A stretch of 64,000 nt of DNA from positions 78,664 to 142,663 of the forward strand of contig CAVTBV010000002.1 of NCBI GenBank assembly GCA_963733095.1, in the 5' to 3' direction. The notes under the pieces were generated by a model that saw nothing but the letters and a program-made list of their open reading frames with translations, did no database searches and was not told where the DNA came from. Source of the stretch: Candidatus Bathyarchaeota archaeon (GTDB taxonomy: Archaea; Thermoproteota; Bathyarchaeia; Bathyarchaeales; Bathycorpusculaceae). The position numbers and the translations under genes were made by a program. Shown in pieces: positions 1-10,505 of this stretch. Position 1 is the stretch's first letter. Each line of letters opens with the position of its first letter.

Positions 1-2555
1 ATGGAGACACTGAAATGAAAATCCGCCGAAAACAAGCACTAAAACCGCCTCAAATCCTCGTCACCACACCAGAGACTTTGCAGGCGATTTTGCCCGGTTC
101 ACAGATGCGCCGACACCTCAGCAACATGCAATGCGTAATAATCGATGAGGTGCATGATTTGGCAGAGAGCAAACGGGGTGCACAACTGACTATTGCACTT
201 GAACGTATGGTTGAGGCAACTGGGAAAGATTTTCAGAGGATTGGCTTATCTGCTACTGTTGGCAATCCCGAGGAAGTTGGACGTTTCATTGTTGGTGCAA
301 GCCGAGAAATCAGCGTTGTGCAGGCGGTTTTGGCTAAGAATTACCGTTACCGTGTTGAGTTTTTAATGCCCTCTGAGAAGGATTATGAGTTGGCGGCTAA
401 ACTGGAAACTTCGCCTGAAGCGTCGGCGAGAATTCGTCGATTGTCTGAATTGATTGATTCGCACAAATCGACTTTGGTTTTCGTGAATAGCCGTACTATC
501 GCTGAACTTTTGGGACACCGCTTTGACCAACTTAACCTGACAGATATAGCGGTGCATCATGGTTCGTTATCTCGCGAAGAACGTGTGCTGACCGAGGATG
601 CTTTCAAAGCAGGAACCCTGAAAGCAATTATTTGCACCAGTACGCTAGAGTTGGGCATAGACATAGGCAATGTGGACTTGGTTATTCAGTATATGTCTCC
701 GCGGCAAGTAAGCAGCCTCATTCAAAGGGTAGGTCGAAGCGGCCACAGTTTGGAGAGGCTTTCAGAAGGCATTATCGTTACGGCTTTCCCAGATGACACT
801 TTGGAATCCATGGCGGCAGTCGCAAACGCCAAAGCCAACAAGATTGAACCAGTAATCTTCCATAAGAACGCCTTAGATGTTTTGGCGCATCAAATCGCAG
901 GTATCCTCATGGATAAAGAAAGTATCACCCAACAAGAACTCTTAACGCTGATTCAAAGGGCTTACCCATACAGCACGCTAACTGAAGAAAAACTTCGGGA
1001 TGTAGTGCAGTTTTTGGAAAGCCTCCGCAAACTAAGAACCGAACAAGAGGGGAAAGTTTTGAAGAAAACTGGACGAACACGTGAATACTACTACAGCAAC
1101 CTGTCTATGATTCCCGACGAGAAACGTTATCCCGTCATAAACATAATCAGCGACCGAAAAATCGGCACCTTAGGCGACGAATTCATGACCCTGCATGCAC
1201 GCGTGGGTCTGCATTTTGTTATGCGTGGAAAGGTTTGGCGCATCGTCCAAATTGAGGATGAAACGGGAACCGTGCATGTTTTGCCTGCGGAAGACCCTTC
1301 AGCGGCTATTCCAGGGTGGGATGGCGAGATTTTGCCTGTGCCATTTGATCTTGCACAGCAGACTGGCGTAATGCGTGAAAAAGTTGCGAATTTACTCAAA
1401 GAGGGCAAAAAGCCTGAGGTAGCGGCTGAAGAGTTAGCGTTGGAGATGAAGACTGACAAGGGAACGCTCGTTGATACGGCTTTGGAGATTGCTGAGCAAC
1501 TTAAAGAGGGAGCTCCGTTGCCTACGCAGAACCGCATAGTCATAGAGGTTTTAGACCGCTACATCGTCGTTCACGCGTGTTTTGGCGAGTTGGTCAACCG
1601 TACATTCGGTGGAATCTTTGATTCGGTTCTCTCAGAACGTGAAGCAATTACTGGTTGGTGGACAGATGGCTACAGAATCCTAATCGAGACCAGCCATAAA
1701 CCATCAATGCAAGAAGTTGGCGGCTTGGCGAAAGAGCTTTTTGATTTATCGGATGAGAGGGTAGCTGAGGCTTTCTTGAATCATGTGAACTCAAAATTCC
1801 CGTTCGTTAGCCGAATGAAGGCTATTGCGGAACGCTTTGGAGCTTTGCCACGGGGAAAAACCTTAGCTCACTCCGACCGCGCCGAAAAGCTCAAAGCCGC
1901 CTTCGAAGGCACACCCATTTACGATGAAACTCTGCGGGAAGTCATGATGGATAAAGTCGACTTGCCCCAAGTTAGAAGAATAATTCACGACATAAAAGAA
2001 GGAAAAATCACGGTCAACACCGTTACCCGCGAAAAACCGTCGCCACTGGCTTACCACATCCTGATGCAGTATGCAGACACCGCCGAACTCATGGCTCCCG
2101 AACGCCTGCTCTTAACCAACATCGACCGCATGAAACACTCCATCGAGGCCCGAGTCGCCAAACTGCTCTGCATGAATTGCGGCGCTTGGACCAAACAAAT
2201 CCGAATAAAAGACTTAGCTCAGGAACCTGAATGCGAAAACTGCTACTCTCATCTCATAACGCTGCTGTACTTCAGCCAAGATGCGGATAAGCTGGTAGAG
2301 GATTTGCAGAAGCGTCGGGAAGGCAAAGAACTAACGCCCGAAGAACTCAAAGAACTCAGCAACGCCAGACGCAAGGCTGATTTGATTTTGAGTTATGGAA
2401 AACAGGCGGTTCGTGCCTTGCAGGTGAAGGGTGTTGGTCCAGAGACAGCTTCAAGGATTCTGGGCAGGATGCATCCTGACGAAGACACATTCTATATGGA
2501 TTTGCTTAAAGCCAAGGTTCAGTATTTGCGCACAAGAGAATTCTGGGACAAGTAA
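1..2555 (+). CDS. lhr: Lhr-family ATP-dependent helicase (5' end outside window)
   Basis: TTPETL, DEVH, GLSAT, HHGSLS and QRVGRSGH motifs; C-terminal CxxC..CxxC; frame is open to the window edge (..GDTEM), so Walker A lies upstream. Confidence 0.93.
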   Translation, partial: GDTEMKIRRKQALKPPQILVTTPETLQAILPGSQMRRHLSNMQCVIIDEVHDLAESKRGAQLTIALERMVEATGKDFQRIGLSATVGNPEEVGRFIVGASREISVVQAVLAKNYRYRVEFLMPSEKDYELAAKLETSPEASARIRRLSELIDSHKSTLVFVNSRTIAELLGHRFDQLNLTDIAVHHGSLSREERVLTEDAFKAGTLKAIICTSTLELGIDIGNVDLVIQYMSPRQVSSLIQRVGRSGHSLERLSEGIIVTAFPDDTLESMAAVANAKANKIEPVIFHKNALDVLAHQIAGILMDKESITQQELLTLIQRAYPYSTLTEEKLRDVVQFLESLRKLRTEQEGKVLKKTGRTREYYYSNLSMIPDEKRYPVINIISDRKIGTLGDEFMTLHARVGLHFVMRGKVWRIVQIEDETGTVHVLPAEDPSAAIPGWDGEILPVPFDLAQQTGVMREKVANLLKEGKKPEVAAEELALEMKTDKGTLVDTALEIAEQLKEGAPLPTQNRIVIEVLDRYIVVHACFGELVNRTFGGIFDSVLSEREAITGWWTDGYRILIETSHKPSMQEVGGLAKELFDLSDERVAEAFLNHVNSKFPFVSRMKAIAERFGALPRGKTLAHSDRAEKLKAAFEGTPIYDETLREVMMDKVDLPQVRRIIHDIKEGKITVNTVTREKPSPLAYHILMQYADTAELMAPERLLLTNIDRMKHSIEARVAKLLCMNCGAWTKQIRIKDLAQEPECENCYSHLITLLYFSQDADKLVEDLQKRREGKELTPEELKELSNARRKADLILSYGKQAVRALQVKGVGPETASRILGRMHPDEDTFYMDLLKAKVQYLRTREFWDK

Positions 2556-2614
2556 CAACTTGTGGATTGATCGACATTTCATAATGAAAATATAAAAATT
2601 TTTAAAATTTTTGT

Positions 2615-3395
2615 TTAAAACACGTTTGTTTTAGGCAACTTACGGTTGAGCTTTATCGCTACAAATGTTGAGGCTACTAAAGTAATGAGCACCAAAAAGA
2701 CTGTGGGGTATTATTGAACGGTGCTGTAAACGTTTGATTCCGCAAGTGCTACGTTAATTGATATGTCTGCGTTGACTTGGTCTGATCGAGTTACCATCGT
2801 ATAAGACATTTCTAACAGGGAACCAGTCTGTTGATCCCAGTATGTGTTTTGCGTGTTGGGTTGTTGTAGAGGACCAGTTATCCCCAAACCTGCGAGTTCA
2901 TCCTGAGTTACCTCGTAGTACATTGTGATGATTTCATGGTTAACCTGTCTGTCCCCCGATGGGCAGGTTCTGGTTATTGTTTCGTTGATTACTTCGTTAC
3001 CTTTTCCTTGGTAGATTTGGTCGTTTGGGTTAAGGTTAGCGGCAATGAGAAACATGGTGAGGTTGCCTTGTCCCGTTAATACGTCGGTTATGCCTGTGTC
3101 TAATTGTTGGGTGACGTTCTTGAATAAGGTTAGCATTTGTGCTGTCACTTCGGTTCCGGAGACTTGAGTGATTGTTTCTTGAACCCAATCGATGGGTGTA
3201 GCTTGGTTAATTAAGGGTTGAAGAAAGTCTGGAAGAGTAATGGGCATCCGTCGTGTTAATGTCGAGTGTGTATGTGTATTTGAAGCTGTTGCCTACTTCG
3301 ACTCCGGGTACACGGGTTTGAGCGAGTGCTTTGCTTGAAATTACGCTAAGCATGATTGCGATTACAAGGATTCCGATGATTTTCAGATTTTTCAT
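2615..3395 (-). pseudogene. Disrupted secreted protein with PEF-CTERM-like anchor
   Basis: Signal-peptide ORF 3207-3395 joins ORF 2711-3247 by a frameshift near 3248; after TAA 2711-2713 the frame continues YPTVFLVLITLVASTFVAIKLNRK (TM helix plus basic tail). Confidence 0.7.
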
Positions 3396-3625
3396 TTACG
3401 TAACTTGTGACATACTACAGGATATCGCTTAGTATTTATTTCCTCTTAATCGCTGAAAAGTAAAATTAGAAGAAATTAAGGGACTGGACAAATTTAGAAG
3501 CTTAAATCCTGTTCAAGATGCGTTTTCTGATCGAGGAAAACATTTGAAATGCTCCAAACATAATTGGTGCTTACAAGCTTTTAATAAGCAATTCAATTGA
3601 ATCTTTCAATCAACAGTGACAACCA

Positions 3626-4915
3626 ATGGAAAAGAAAGAACCCCAAAGACTGAAACGTTCGATTGGTTTATGGAGTGCCGTAGCCATCAATGTTGGCGCA
3701 ATCATAGGAGGCGGAATCTTCGTTGTCACCGGCATCGTGGCAGGCTACGCTGGCTCAGCACTAGTCATATCCATGGTTATCGCTGGGGTCATCGCTTTCT
3801 TCACTGCATTGAGCTTTGCAAAACTAACCGCTTGGCAACCTGTCGAAGGCAGCGTCTACGAGTACGGGCGCCAACTAGTTTCGCCTTATGCGGGGTTTTT
3901 GGCAGGTTGGATGTGGATTGTAGCGAACACGTTTACTGGAGCTGCGGTTTCATTGGGGTTTGCGTATTATTTGGCTGCGGCTTTTCCTGGTTTACCTGTA
4001 GGTTACGTTGCAGCTGCCCTCTGTTTGGCATTTACAGCCCTAAATCTAATCGGTGCAAGACAATCCGCAAGCGTAAACAATGTCCTTGTCACCATCAAAC
4101 TTGCAATTCTCGGATTCTTCGTTGCGTTCGGCGTTTTCCACGTGAACACAGGCAATTTCATACCCTTCATTCCCTTATCAAACGGGGTACTCTACGGTAC
4201 CTTCTTCATTTTCTTTGCTTATGGCGGGTTCGCACGTGTTGCGGTTGTTGCTGAGGAAATCAAAGATGCCAAACGAAATGTACCTCGCGCGATGCTTTTG
4301 TCGTTGGGGATTTCAATGGGGGTCTACGTTTTAGTTGGGCTGGTCGCCGTTGGTTTGCTGGGTCCCATTGGGCTTGCAGTTTCTCCTTCACCTTTAAGCA
4401 CCGCCATGGGCACCACAGGTAATTATCTGGCTGTCCAAATCATCGCGGTTGGAGGTTTGGTGGCAACGGCAAGTGTTTTGTTGACTTCGATTTTAGGGGT
4501 TTCCCGTATGGCATATTCGATGGCACGGCGCAACGACTTGCCCTTGCTGTTGTCTAGGTTACATAGCCGGTTTTTCACTCCATACTACGCGATTTTAGGC
4601 AGCGGTGTGTTGATGGCTGTTTTGGTACTGTTCGTAGATTTGAATCGTGTAGTTGCTATTAGCACCTTTGCCCTTCTGTTTAATTATTCAATCACAAACT
4701 TTGCAGCTTTCAAACTCAAGAACGGAGGCGGCTGGATGCGGTTTGTGCCTTTGATAGGGTTGGCTACCTGCTTTTTGTTGTTGGTGTTTATCCTTTTAGC
4801 TTCATTCGATGCATGGATTATTGGTGTTGTTTTCCTAATTGCAGGAACCTCCTTCTACACAGCGCGTAGAAAACTGAAAGGACAAGATGTGAAAAATTCT
4901 TTTAGGCTGCGATAA
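3626..4915 (+). CDS. APC-family amino acid permease
   Basis: LKRSIG..VGAIIGGGIF and FFAYGGF..AEE motifs; about 12 TM segments. Confidence 0.92.
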   Translation: MEKKEPQRLKRSIGLWSAVAINVGAIIGGGIFVVTGIVAGYAGSALVISMVIAGVIAFFTALSFAKLTAWQPVEGSVYEYGRQLVSPYAGFLAGWMWIVANTFTGAAVSLGFAYYLAAAFPGLPVGYVAAALCLAFTALNLIGARQSASVNNVLVTIKLAILGFFVAFGVFHVNTGNFIPFIPLSNGVLYGTFFIFFAYGGFARVAVVAEEIKDAKRNVPRAMLLSLGISMGVYVLVGLVAVGLLGPIGLAVSPSPLSTAMGTTGNYLAVQIIAVGGLVATASVLLTSILGVSRMAYSMARRNDLPLLLSRLHSRFFTPYYAILGSGVLMAVLVLFVDLNRVVAISTFALLFNYSITNFAAFKLKNGGGWMRFVPLIGLATCFLLLVFILLASFDAWIIGVVFLIAGTSFYTARRKLKGQDVKNSFRLR

Positions 4916-4951
4916 GAATTTTAAGCTTCAACAAACCTTAAAGTTAGGAAA

Positions 4952-5677
4952 ATGAAAATGCCCCTCAAAGCCGTCTTATTTGACATGTTCGATACCCTTA
5001 TGCTTATAGAAAAAAACCATGAATTCTACAGTCCATCCTTGCTGAGAATGTACGGGTACCTAAACAAAAACGGCATAGATGTCACATTCGAAAAATTCAA
5101 CACAGCATACATTGAAGCACGCGACTGCCTCTATGCCAAGGCAGATTTGAATTGGGAAGAACCACACTTCAACGTTCGCGTTTCTGAGGCTCTGAAAAGT
5201 TTAGGCTACAACTATGACGTTTCAAGCCCTCTCGTTGCAGATGCGACAAACGAGTTTTGTGAGGAGTTCATGAAGTACGTTCACATCGACAAGAACGCGG
5301 CGGCAATGCTGAAGGAGTTGCATGGAAAATACAAGTTAGGCGTTGTTTCCAACTTTGCCATTCCCGAATGTGTAGTTAAACTGCTCAGAGCAGACCATTT
5401 AGATGGTTTGTTTGATGTGGTTGTGGTTTCTGCTGCAATTAACAAACGTAAGCCCAGCCCAGAAATCTTCCAAAACGCCCTTAAAGCTCTGGGAGTTTTG
5501 GCATCTGAGGCTGTTTTCGTTGGTGATACCATAGATGCAGACATAGAAGGTCCCAAAGCTATTGGCATGAAAACCATCTACATCGAGCGTCGCGTGCAGA
5601 AAGCTTCTAAGTGGTTTTGTCCCGACCAAATTATAAAAAGCCTCAGTGAATTATCGCTGGCGCTTACGCGCTGCTGA
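4952..5677 (+). CDS. HAD-superfamily hydrolase
   Basis: FDMFDTL, VVSN, KPSPEIF, VGD..AD motifs. Confidence 0.92.
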   Translation: MKMPLKAVLFDMFDTLMLIEKNHEFYSPSLLRMYGYLNKNGIDVTFEKFNTAYIEARDCLYAKADLNWEEPHFNVRVSEALKSLGYNYDVSSPLVADATNEFCEEFMKYVHIDKNAAAMLKELHGKYKLGVVSNFAIPECVVKLLRADHLDGLFDVVVVSAAINKRKPSPEIFQNALKALGVLASEAVFVGDTIDADIEGPKAIGMKTIYIERRVQKASKWFCPDQIIKSLSELSLALTRC

Positions 5678-6004
5678 ATGGGTGTTAGAGCTTTTTAGAC
5701 TTGTCTGGAGACAAACGTTGGTTTTTTTGATGTTGCCATAATTTTTTAGCAACTGCAATAGTTCATTATGTTTTTGGAGAAAGTCTAAGCCTTGCGGTGT
5801 GACAACATAGCCTTCTCTGCCTTCTATGATTGTTTGGGTCATCAAGTTGTTGTTTAGCAAAAAATCTATGTAATTGTTTAGTTGTGTGAAGCTTAGGTTT
5901 GCTTTGTACATTATTTGGGTTTTGAGGGTGCCTTCTTTGGCTATTTCTATGATGTTTGCCGTTATGCTTAGTTTGTCTCTTCTGTTAGGTTTAGCGCTTG
6001 TTAT
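5651..6004 (-). CDS. Archaeal winged-helix regulator (HTH_45-like), start uncertain
   Basis: Frame extends upstream of the called ORF: RRDKLSITANIIEIAKEGTLKTQIMYKANLSFTQL..YVVTPQG; no ATG/GTG/TTG upstream of the conserved part, ATA at 6004. Confidence 0.8.
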   Translation of the reverse strand: MTSAKPNRRDKLSITANIIEIAKEGTLKTQIMYKANLSFTQLNNYIDFLLNNNLMTQTIIEGREGYVVTPQGLDFLQKHNELLQLLKNYGNIKKTNVCLQTSLKSSNTHSAARKRQR

Positions 6005-6188
6005 TGTTGTTCACTTCTGCTTTTCTCTTTAAAGCTGGTTTTCTTTTTAAGGTTTTAATTTTTGGTATGGTTGTTTTTCACGCGTTAAGGTTTTTGGAGT
6101 GCGGTGATTCAAATACTTAGTTTCGTATGAGACACTAAACACTAAACCTTTAATTCTATAGCTGAGAAAAAACAACGTGTGAGCAGAT

Positions 6189-6686
6189 ATGTTAATTGGT
6201 GCAATTTCAGATTCGCATGATAATTTGCCGCAAATAGAAAAAGCCGTAAAGATTCTAACTGAGCAAAAGGTGGGTTTGGTGATGCATGCTGGCGACTACG
6301 TCGCAGGTTTTGTAATCCCCAAATTCAAAGCATTAAACTGCCAACTCATCGGCGTATTTGGCAACAACGATGGCGACCACGAACTCTTAAAAAAACGATT
6401 CAACGAAACCACCAACTGCACCATCCATGACCGCTTCACCCAAATAACCGTTGAGGGCTACAGAATTGCCCTGCTCCATGGGCATGAAACTGAACTTTTG
6501 AGCGCCATAATCAACAGCGGATATTTTGATGCTGTAATCCATGGGCACTCCCACAACTTGGGTATTGAGCGCAAGGGCAAAACTTTGGTCATTAATCCGG
6601 GTGAGCTTTGTGGGTATCTGACTGGAAAGTCTACTTTGGCGTTGTTGGATACCTTGAAGCGTGAGGCAAAAATTGTAGAAGTTTAA
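6189..6686 (+). CDS. YfcE/MJ0936-family metallophosphoesterase
   Basis: SDSHD, HAGD, GNND, HGHSH, NPGE motifs. Confidence 0.92.
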   Translation: MLIGAISDSHDNLPQIEKAVKILTEQKVGLVMHAGDYVAGFVIPKFKALNCQLIGVFGNNDGDHELLKKRFNETTNCTIHDRFTQITVEGYRIALLHGHETELLSAIINSGYFDAVIHGHSHNLGIERKGKTLVINPGELCGYLTGKSTLALLDTLKREAKIVEV

Positions 6687-6806
6687 GCGCTTTAGTTTGA
6701 GCTGCGTTTTGTGTCTGTTTCAAAGGCTTAACAGTGTTATAGGAAATATTTTAACAAAGCTTTTAAACAAATAACGCCGTTATCGCTTTTTAATAACGTG
6801 ACTTGT

Positions 6807-7022
6807 ATGGAAAAACAAAAACAAAATAAAAAACAAACAATGCTAGACAAAATAGACCTAAAAGTCATGAACCTACTCCAAAAAGAACGAAACGAACTAA
6901 CCCTTCAGGAAATAGCCTGCAAAGTCGGCGAAACACCTCCAAAAATTGCAGTTTCACTACTAAGACTCTTCCTTCAAAACGAAAAATTGCAAAATGAAAG
7001 ACTGCTTCAAATTTCACTCTAA
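6807..7022 (+). CDS. Small HTH protein (AsnC-type HTH only)
   Basis: LDKIDLKVMNLL..LTLQEIA.KVG pattern. Confidence 0.55.
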   Translation: MEKQKQNKKQTMLDKIDLKVMNLLQKERNELTLQEIACKVGETPPKIAVSLLRLFLQNEKLQNERLLQISL

Positions 7023-7028
7023 AACATT

Positions 7029-7961
7029 TTACAGTTTGTTATATGGTTCTCTGAGTAAGTTGGCTTTCAGAAATAATTGTTTAAGTTCTTCGTCGTTTGC
7101 TCCTTCGCGGATAGGAGTAAGTATATCGGTTAGGTTGTCGTTTCTCATCAGGCAGGGTTTCAGTTTTCCATCGCTGGTAACACGCATCCTCGTACAGTGC
7201 ATGCAGAAGTCCGTGTTCTCTATGGGTTTAACAACTTCGACTGTTGCGTTTGGAAGATGGTAGATTAAGCGGTTATGCATGTAAGGCCTTTTTTCGACGG
7301 AGACGGCTTGTTCGCGGAGCATCTGTTCCTGTTCTTCTAAGCTACGGTGATGTTCAGTGTAATATTTGTCGCCAACGTTTACTGGGTCCAACTCGATTAG
7401 CTGCAAAACAAGGTTGTTTCGTCCTGCGTAGGCTATCAGGTCGGGCACATCGCCAACGTTTACATCTTTTAGTACTACCGTGTTAAGTTTAACTGGGCAA
7501 AAATCTGCTTCAATCGCCGCCTTGATCCCTTCCAATGAAGCCTCCAGTTTTCCACCCGTCAATTCATGGTATGTTTTGGGGTTAAGGGAAGGCAAACTAA
7601 TATTCACTCGTTTAAGACCGCAGTTACGCAGTTTTTTTGCCATACTCCCGCCAAGCAAAAGCCCGTTGGTGGTTAACGATAAATCCCTCAAGCCAGGCAC
7701 TCTGGCAATGCCTGAAACGATTTCAGGCAGGTCCTCGCGCATCAACGGTTCGCCGCCAGTCAACTTTATCCGCACAATTCCCAAACTGACGGCTATTTTT
7801 GCGATCCGAACAATTTCTTCAACAGTCATGAACTCTGAGGAGCGATTAGCACGTTGCACTTCGCCTTCTTTGTGGCAGTAGGCACAGCGATAGTTGCACC
7901 GCTGGGTAATCGAAATCCTTAGGTTAAGTAGGGGTCTGCCGCAGTTGTCTGTTAAACTCAT
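7029..7961 (-). CDS. moaA: GTP 3',8-cyclase
   Basis: LRISITQRCNYRCAYC, TGGEP, C-terminal CxxC..R.TSDG.LKPCL. Confidence 0.95.
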   Translation of the reverse strand: MSLTDNCGRPLLNLRISITQRCNYRCAYCHKEGEVQRANRSSEFMTVEEIVRIAKIAVSLGIVRIKLTGGEPLMREDLPEIVSGIARVPGLRDLSLTTNGLLLGGSMAKKLRNCGLKRVNISLPSLNPKTYHELTGGKLEASLEGIKAAIEADFCPVKLNTVVLKDVNVGDVPDLIAYAGRNNLVLQLIELDPVNVGDKYYTEHHRSLEEQEQMLREQAVSVEKRPYMHNRLIYHLPNATVEVVKPIENTDFCMHCTRMRVTSDGKLKPCLMRNDNLTDILTPIREGANDEELKQLFLKANLLREPYNKL

Positions 7962-7963
7962 CG

Positions 7964-8497
7964 TTATTCACGTGCGTGCTTAACGATGTGAGGAGCCTCG
8001 GGCAAAATAAGCATTTCGAGCGCAGTTTTCACAGCGTCAGGGGAACCTGGAATGCAAAAGATAGCCTTACCCTTCGCTACTCCAGCAACAGCACGCGACA
8101 AAACCGCCGCGGAACCTACACGGTCAAAGCTAATTCTGCGGAAAAACTCGCCAAACCCCGGCAAGACTTTATCGAGGAAAGGTAAAACCGTCTCAATCGT
8201 AATATCCGAGGGCGTAATTCCTGTTCCACCTGAGAAAATTGCAACATCCAAAGCTGACAAACCCATAACATACATTACGGCGTCTTGAATCATCGTTTCG
8301 TCGTCGGCAACGATTTTTTTGAAGAGAACTTTCTGGCCAGCTTTCTCGAGCAGGTTCACTATTGTTTCACCGCCGGTGTCGCCGACTTCTTTTTCGCCCG
8401 CCTCGATTTGTTCGTAGCGTGAGGTACTGCAGATGTAGACCCCAAAATTCAGGGTTTTGGGTGCTTTTGATTTGTGTACTTTGGAGGTTTCACTCAT
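7964..8497 (-). CDS. moaB: Molybdopterin adenylyltransferase MoaB/MogA
   Basis: GGTGIT..D.T.E, SRA.AG, IPGSP motifs. Confidence 0.92.
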   Translation of the reverse strand: MSETSKVHKSKAPKTLNFGVYICSTSRYEQIEAGEKEVGDTGGETIVNLLEKAGQKVLFKKIVADDETMIQDAVMYVMGLSALDVAIFSGGTGITPSDITIETVLPFLDKVLPGFGEFFRRISFDRVGSAAVLSRAVAGVAKGKAIFCIPGSPDAVKTALEMLILPEAPHIVKHARE

Positions 8498-8499
8498 AA

Positions 8500-8937
8500 T
8501 TATGCCTGCTTAAATTTTTTGACTACATGAATGTTCTCGATTGCTGTAGAAGGGTATTGCCCTGCGGAGTCTTTTTCGTACTGTTTGGTCATGTCCCAAA
8601 CCGTTAACAGTGCCACGGAGACAGCGGTTAGAGCTTCCATTTCCACGCCCGTCTGTGCTCTGGTTTTCACAGTAGCGGTTGCGGATACTATTCCTTGGAC
8701 TGAGACTTTCACATCCACCTCTACGTTGGTTAACGGCAGAGGATGGCAAAGCGGGATTAGATCGCTTGTTCGTTTAGCTGCCAAAACGCCAGCAATCTTG
8801 GCGGTGTAGAGGGGGTCGCCTTTCGCGATTTTTCCGCTGTTAATCAAATCGATTGTTTGCGTCTTGAGCTTTATCGTTCCTGTCGCGGTTGCTTCCCTAA
8901 AAATCTCTGCTTTATCCGAAACATCAACCATAGCCAA
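8500..8937 (-). CDS. moaC: Cyclic pyranopterin monophosphate synthase
   Basis: MVDVSDK, LIPLCHP, TGVEMEAL, WDM.K. Confidence 0.96.
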   Translation of the reverse strand: MAMVDVSDKAEIFREATATGTIKLKTQTIDLINSGKIAKGDPLYTAKIAGVLAAKRTSDLIPLCHPLPLTNVEVDVKVSVQGIVSATATVKTRAQTGVEMEALTAVSVALLTVWDMTKQYEKDSAGQYPSTAIENIHVVKKFKQA

Positions 8938-9302
8938 ATTTTTTCCTTCCTCAGTGCTTGGTATAGTTTGTTTACCTTCTTTTATTTATTGATGCAAGTT
9001 GCTCTTCGGCAACACTATTGGGCTTATTTGGGTCTTAATCTTCAACCCTTGCACTGCACCTATAGACAGGTAGGTGGCACCAACCATTTGATCTTGTTAG
9101 AAACTCTACGCAAAAACCAATATTGGGTTGGCAGTTCACTAAGGGTAAATCCGTCCTTGAGGGCTGAAAAACAGGCGCGTTAGCAAGTTGAAATCAGCAC
9201 GATCCCAGTCAAAAAGACGGGTAAACCAAAAATGCATAAACCCTTTAAAACAGCAATCTACTAATCAACGCAGAAAAAGGGGAACATCTGGGGCTTACCA
9301 GT

Positions 9303-10505
9303 TTGAAGGCGTTTAGCTTTGTCCACGCAGCGGATTTGCATTTGGGGTATTCGCAGTATGGTTTAGAAGCAAGAAGGCAAGACTTTGATGATGCTTTCAA
9401 GGAACTGGTAGACAAGACAATCGAGTTGAGACCTAATTTTATGATTATTGCAGGTGATGTCTTTCATCAGGCAAGGCCATCCAACCACACGTTAGAGAAC
9501 ACCATCAGAAGTTTTAAGAGGCTCAAGGACGCCGGCATCCCTGTCTTAACAGTTGATGGTTCACACGACTCTGCCCCAAACACGATAACCAGCACCATCC
9601 TCTACCCTCTCGACAGCGCAGGGCTCATCATTCATCTGCCAAGGCACCAAGGTGCATGCTGGAGCAAACCAGATTGCTGCTACGTCTACGGTATTCCAAC
9701 CTACCATAACCGCCATAAAACTCAAGAAGCATTGCCAAAATTCATGGAAGATAACCCACCAACACCCAAAGCCGATGTAGCCAACATTTTTGTTTTCCAT
9801 GGTGCACTGGATTTGGCGGAGGTTAAAGGACCTTTTGAAGCAGAAATCTTGCCCGACGAGTTGCCAGCGGGCTTTTGTTATTATGCGGCTGGGCACTTGC
9901 ATCAACGGTTTGTGGGAAAATTTAAAGAAGGCATTTTAGTTTACAGCGGTTGCACGGAAACGGTGAGTTATGATGAAGGCAAATTCACAAAAGGCTTCTA
10001 CCACGTCAAAGTTAACGCGGCAGGACAGGTTAAACCGGAACTAATCGAGTTAACGACCCCGCGCAGGTTTGTTGTAGTGGAACAAGATTTCTCGGGTATG
10101 CAATCTGCCAAAATCACAGAGTTAGCTACTCAAATGGTGAGGGATGCCGATTCTGAAGGTGCATTAGTGATTCCCGTGTTGAAAGGAACGTTGCCGTCGG
10201 AAGCAAGCCGCACAGAAATCGATATAGCAAAAATTCGCTCTGCAGGGGAAAGAGCACTGCTTGTCCACCCTATAGTATTGCTTAAAGAAACCGTGGTTTC
10301 AGACGAAATCGTGCGTTCCATATTTGAGGGCGGCTTCAAGGACTTGAAAACCAAAGCCTTCGAGTACTTCCTCCAAATCTTCTCAGACCGCTATGGCAAA
10401 GAAGAAGCCGAAAAAATCGCAAGAGGTGCAATCAGCTTAATAGAACCCTTAACCCGAAAACAAGACGAAAAAGTCAAGCAAATTATCGAGGGACTCGCCA
10501 AATGA
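9303..10505 (+). CDS. mre11: Mre11/SbcD-family nuclease
   Basis: ADLHLG, AGDVFH, GSHD, GHLH, YSG motifs; ATGA overlap with the Rad50 gene. Confidence 0.88.
   Translation: MKAFSFVHAADLHLGYSQYGLEARRQDFDDAFKELVDKTIELRPNFMIIAGDVFHQARPSNHTLENTIRSFKRLKDAGIPVLTVDGSHDSAPNTITSTILYPLDSAGLIIHLPRHQGACWSKPDCCYVYGIPTYHNRHKTQEALPKFMEDNPPTPKADVANIFVFHGALDLAEVKGPFEAEILPDELPAGFCYYAAGHLHQRFVGKFKEGILVYSGCTETVSYDEGKFTKGFYHVKVNAAGQVKPELIELTTPRRFVVVEQDFSGMQSAKITELATQMVRDADSEGALVIPVLKGTLPSEASRTEIDIAKIRSAGERALLVHPIVLLKETVVSDEIVRSIFEGGFKDLKTKAFEYFLQIFSDRYGKEEAEKIARGAISLIEPLTRKQDEKVKQIIEGLAK

Noticed and set aside
3616-4254. 212-aa Cys/Arg-rich ORF
   Set aside because: Alternative frame of the permease gene
8940-9200. 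RNase P RNA or ribosomal protein gene
   Set aside because: No GAGGAAAGUCC-type P4 signature and no matching ORF
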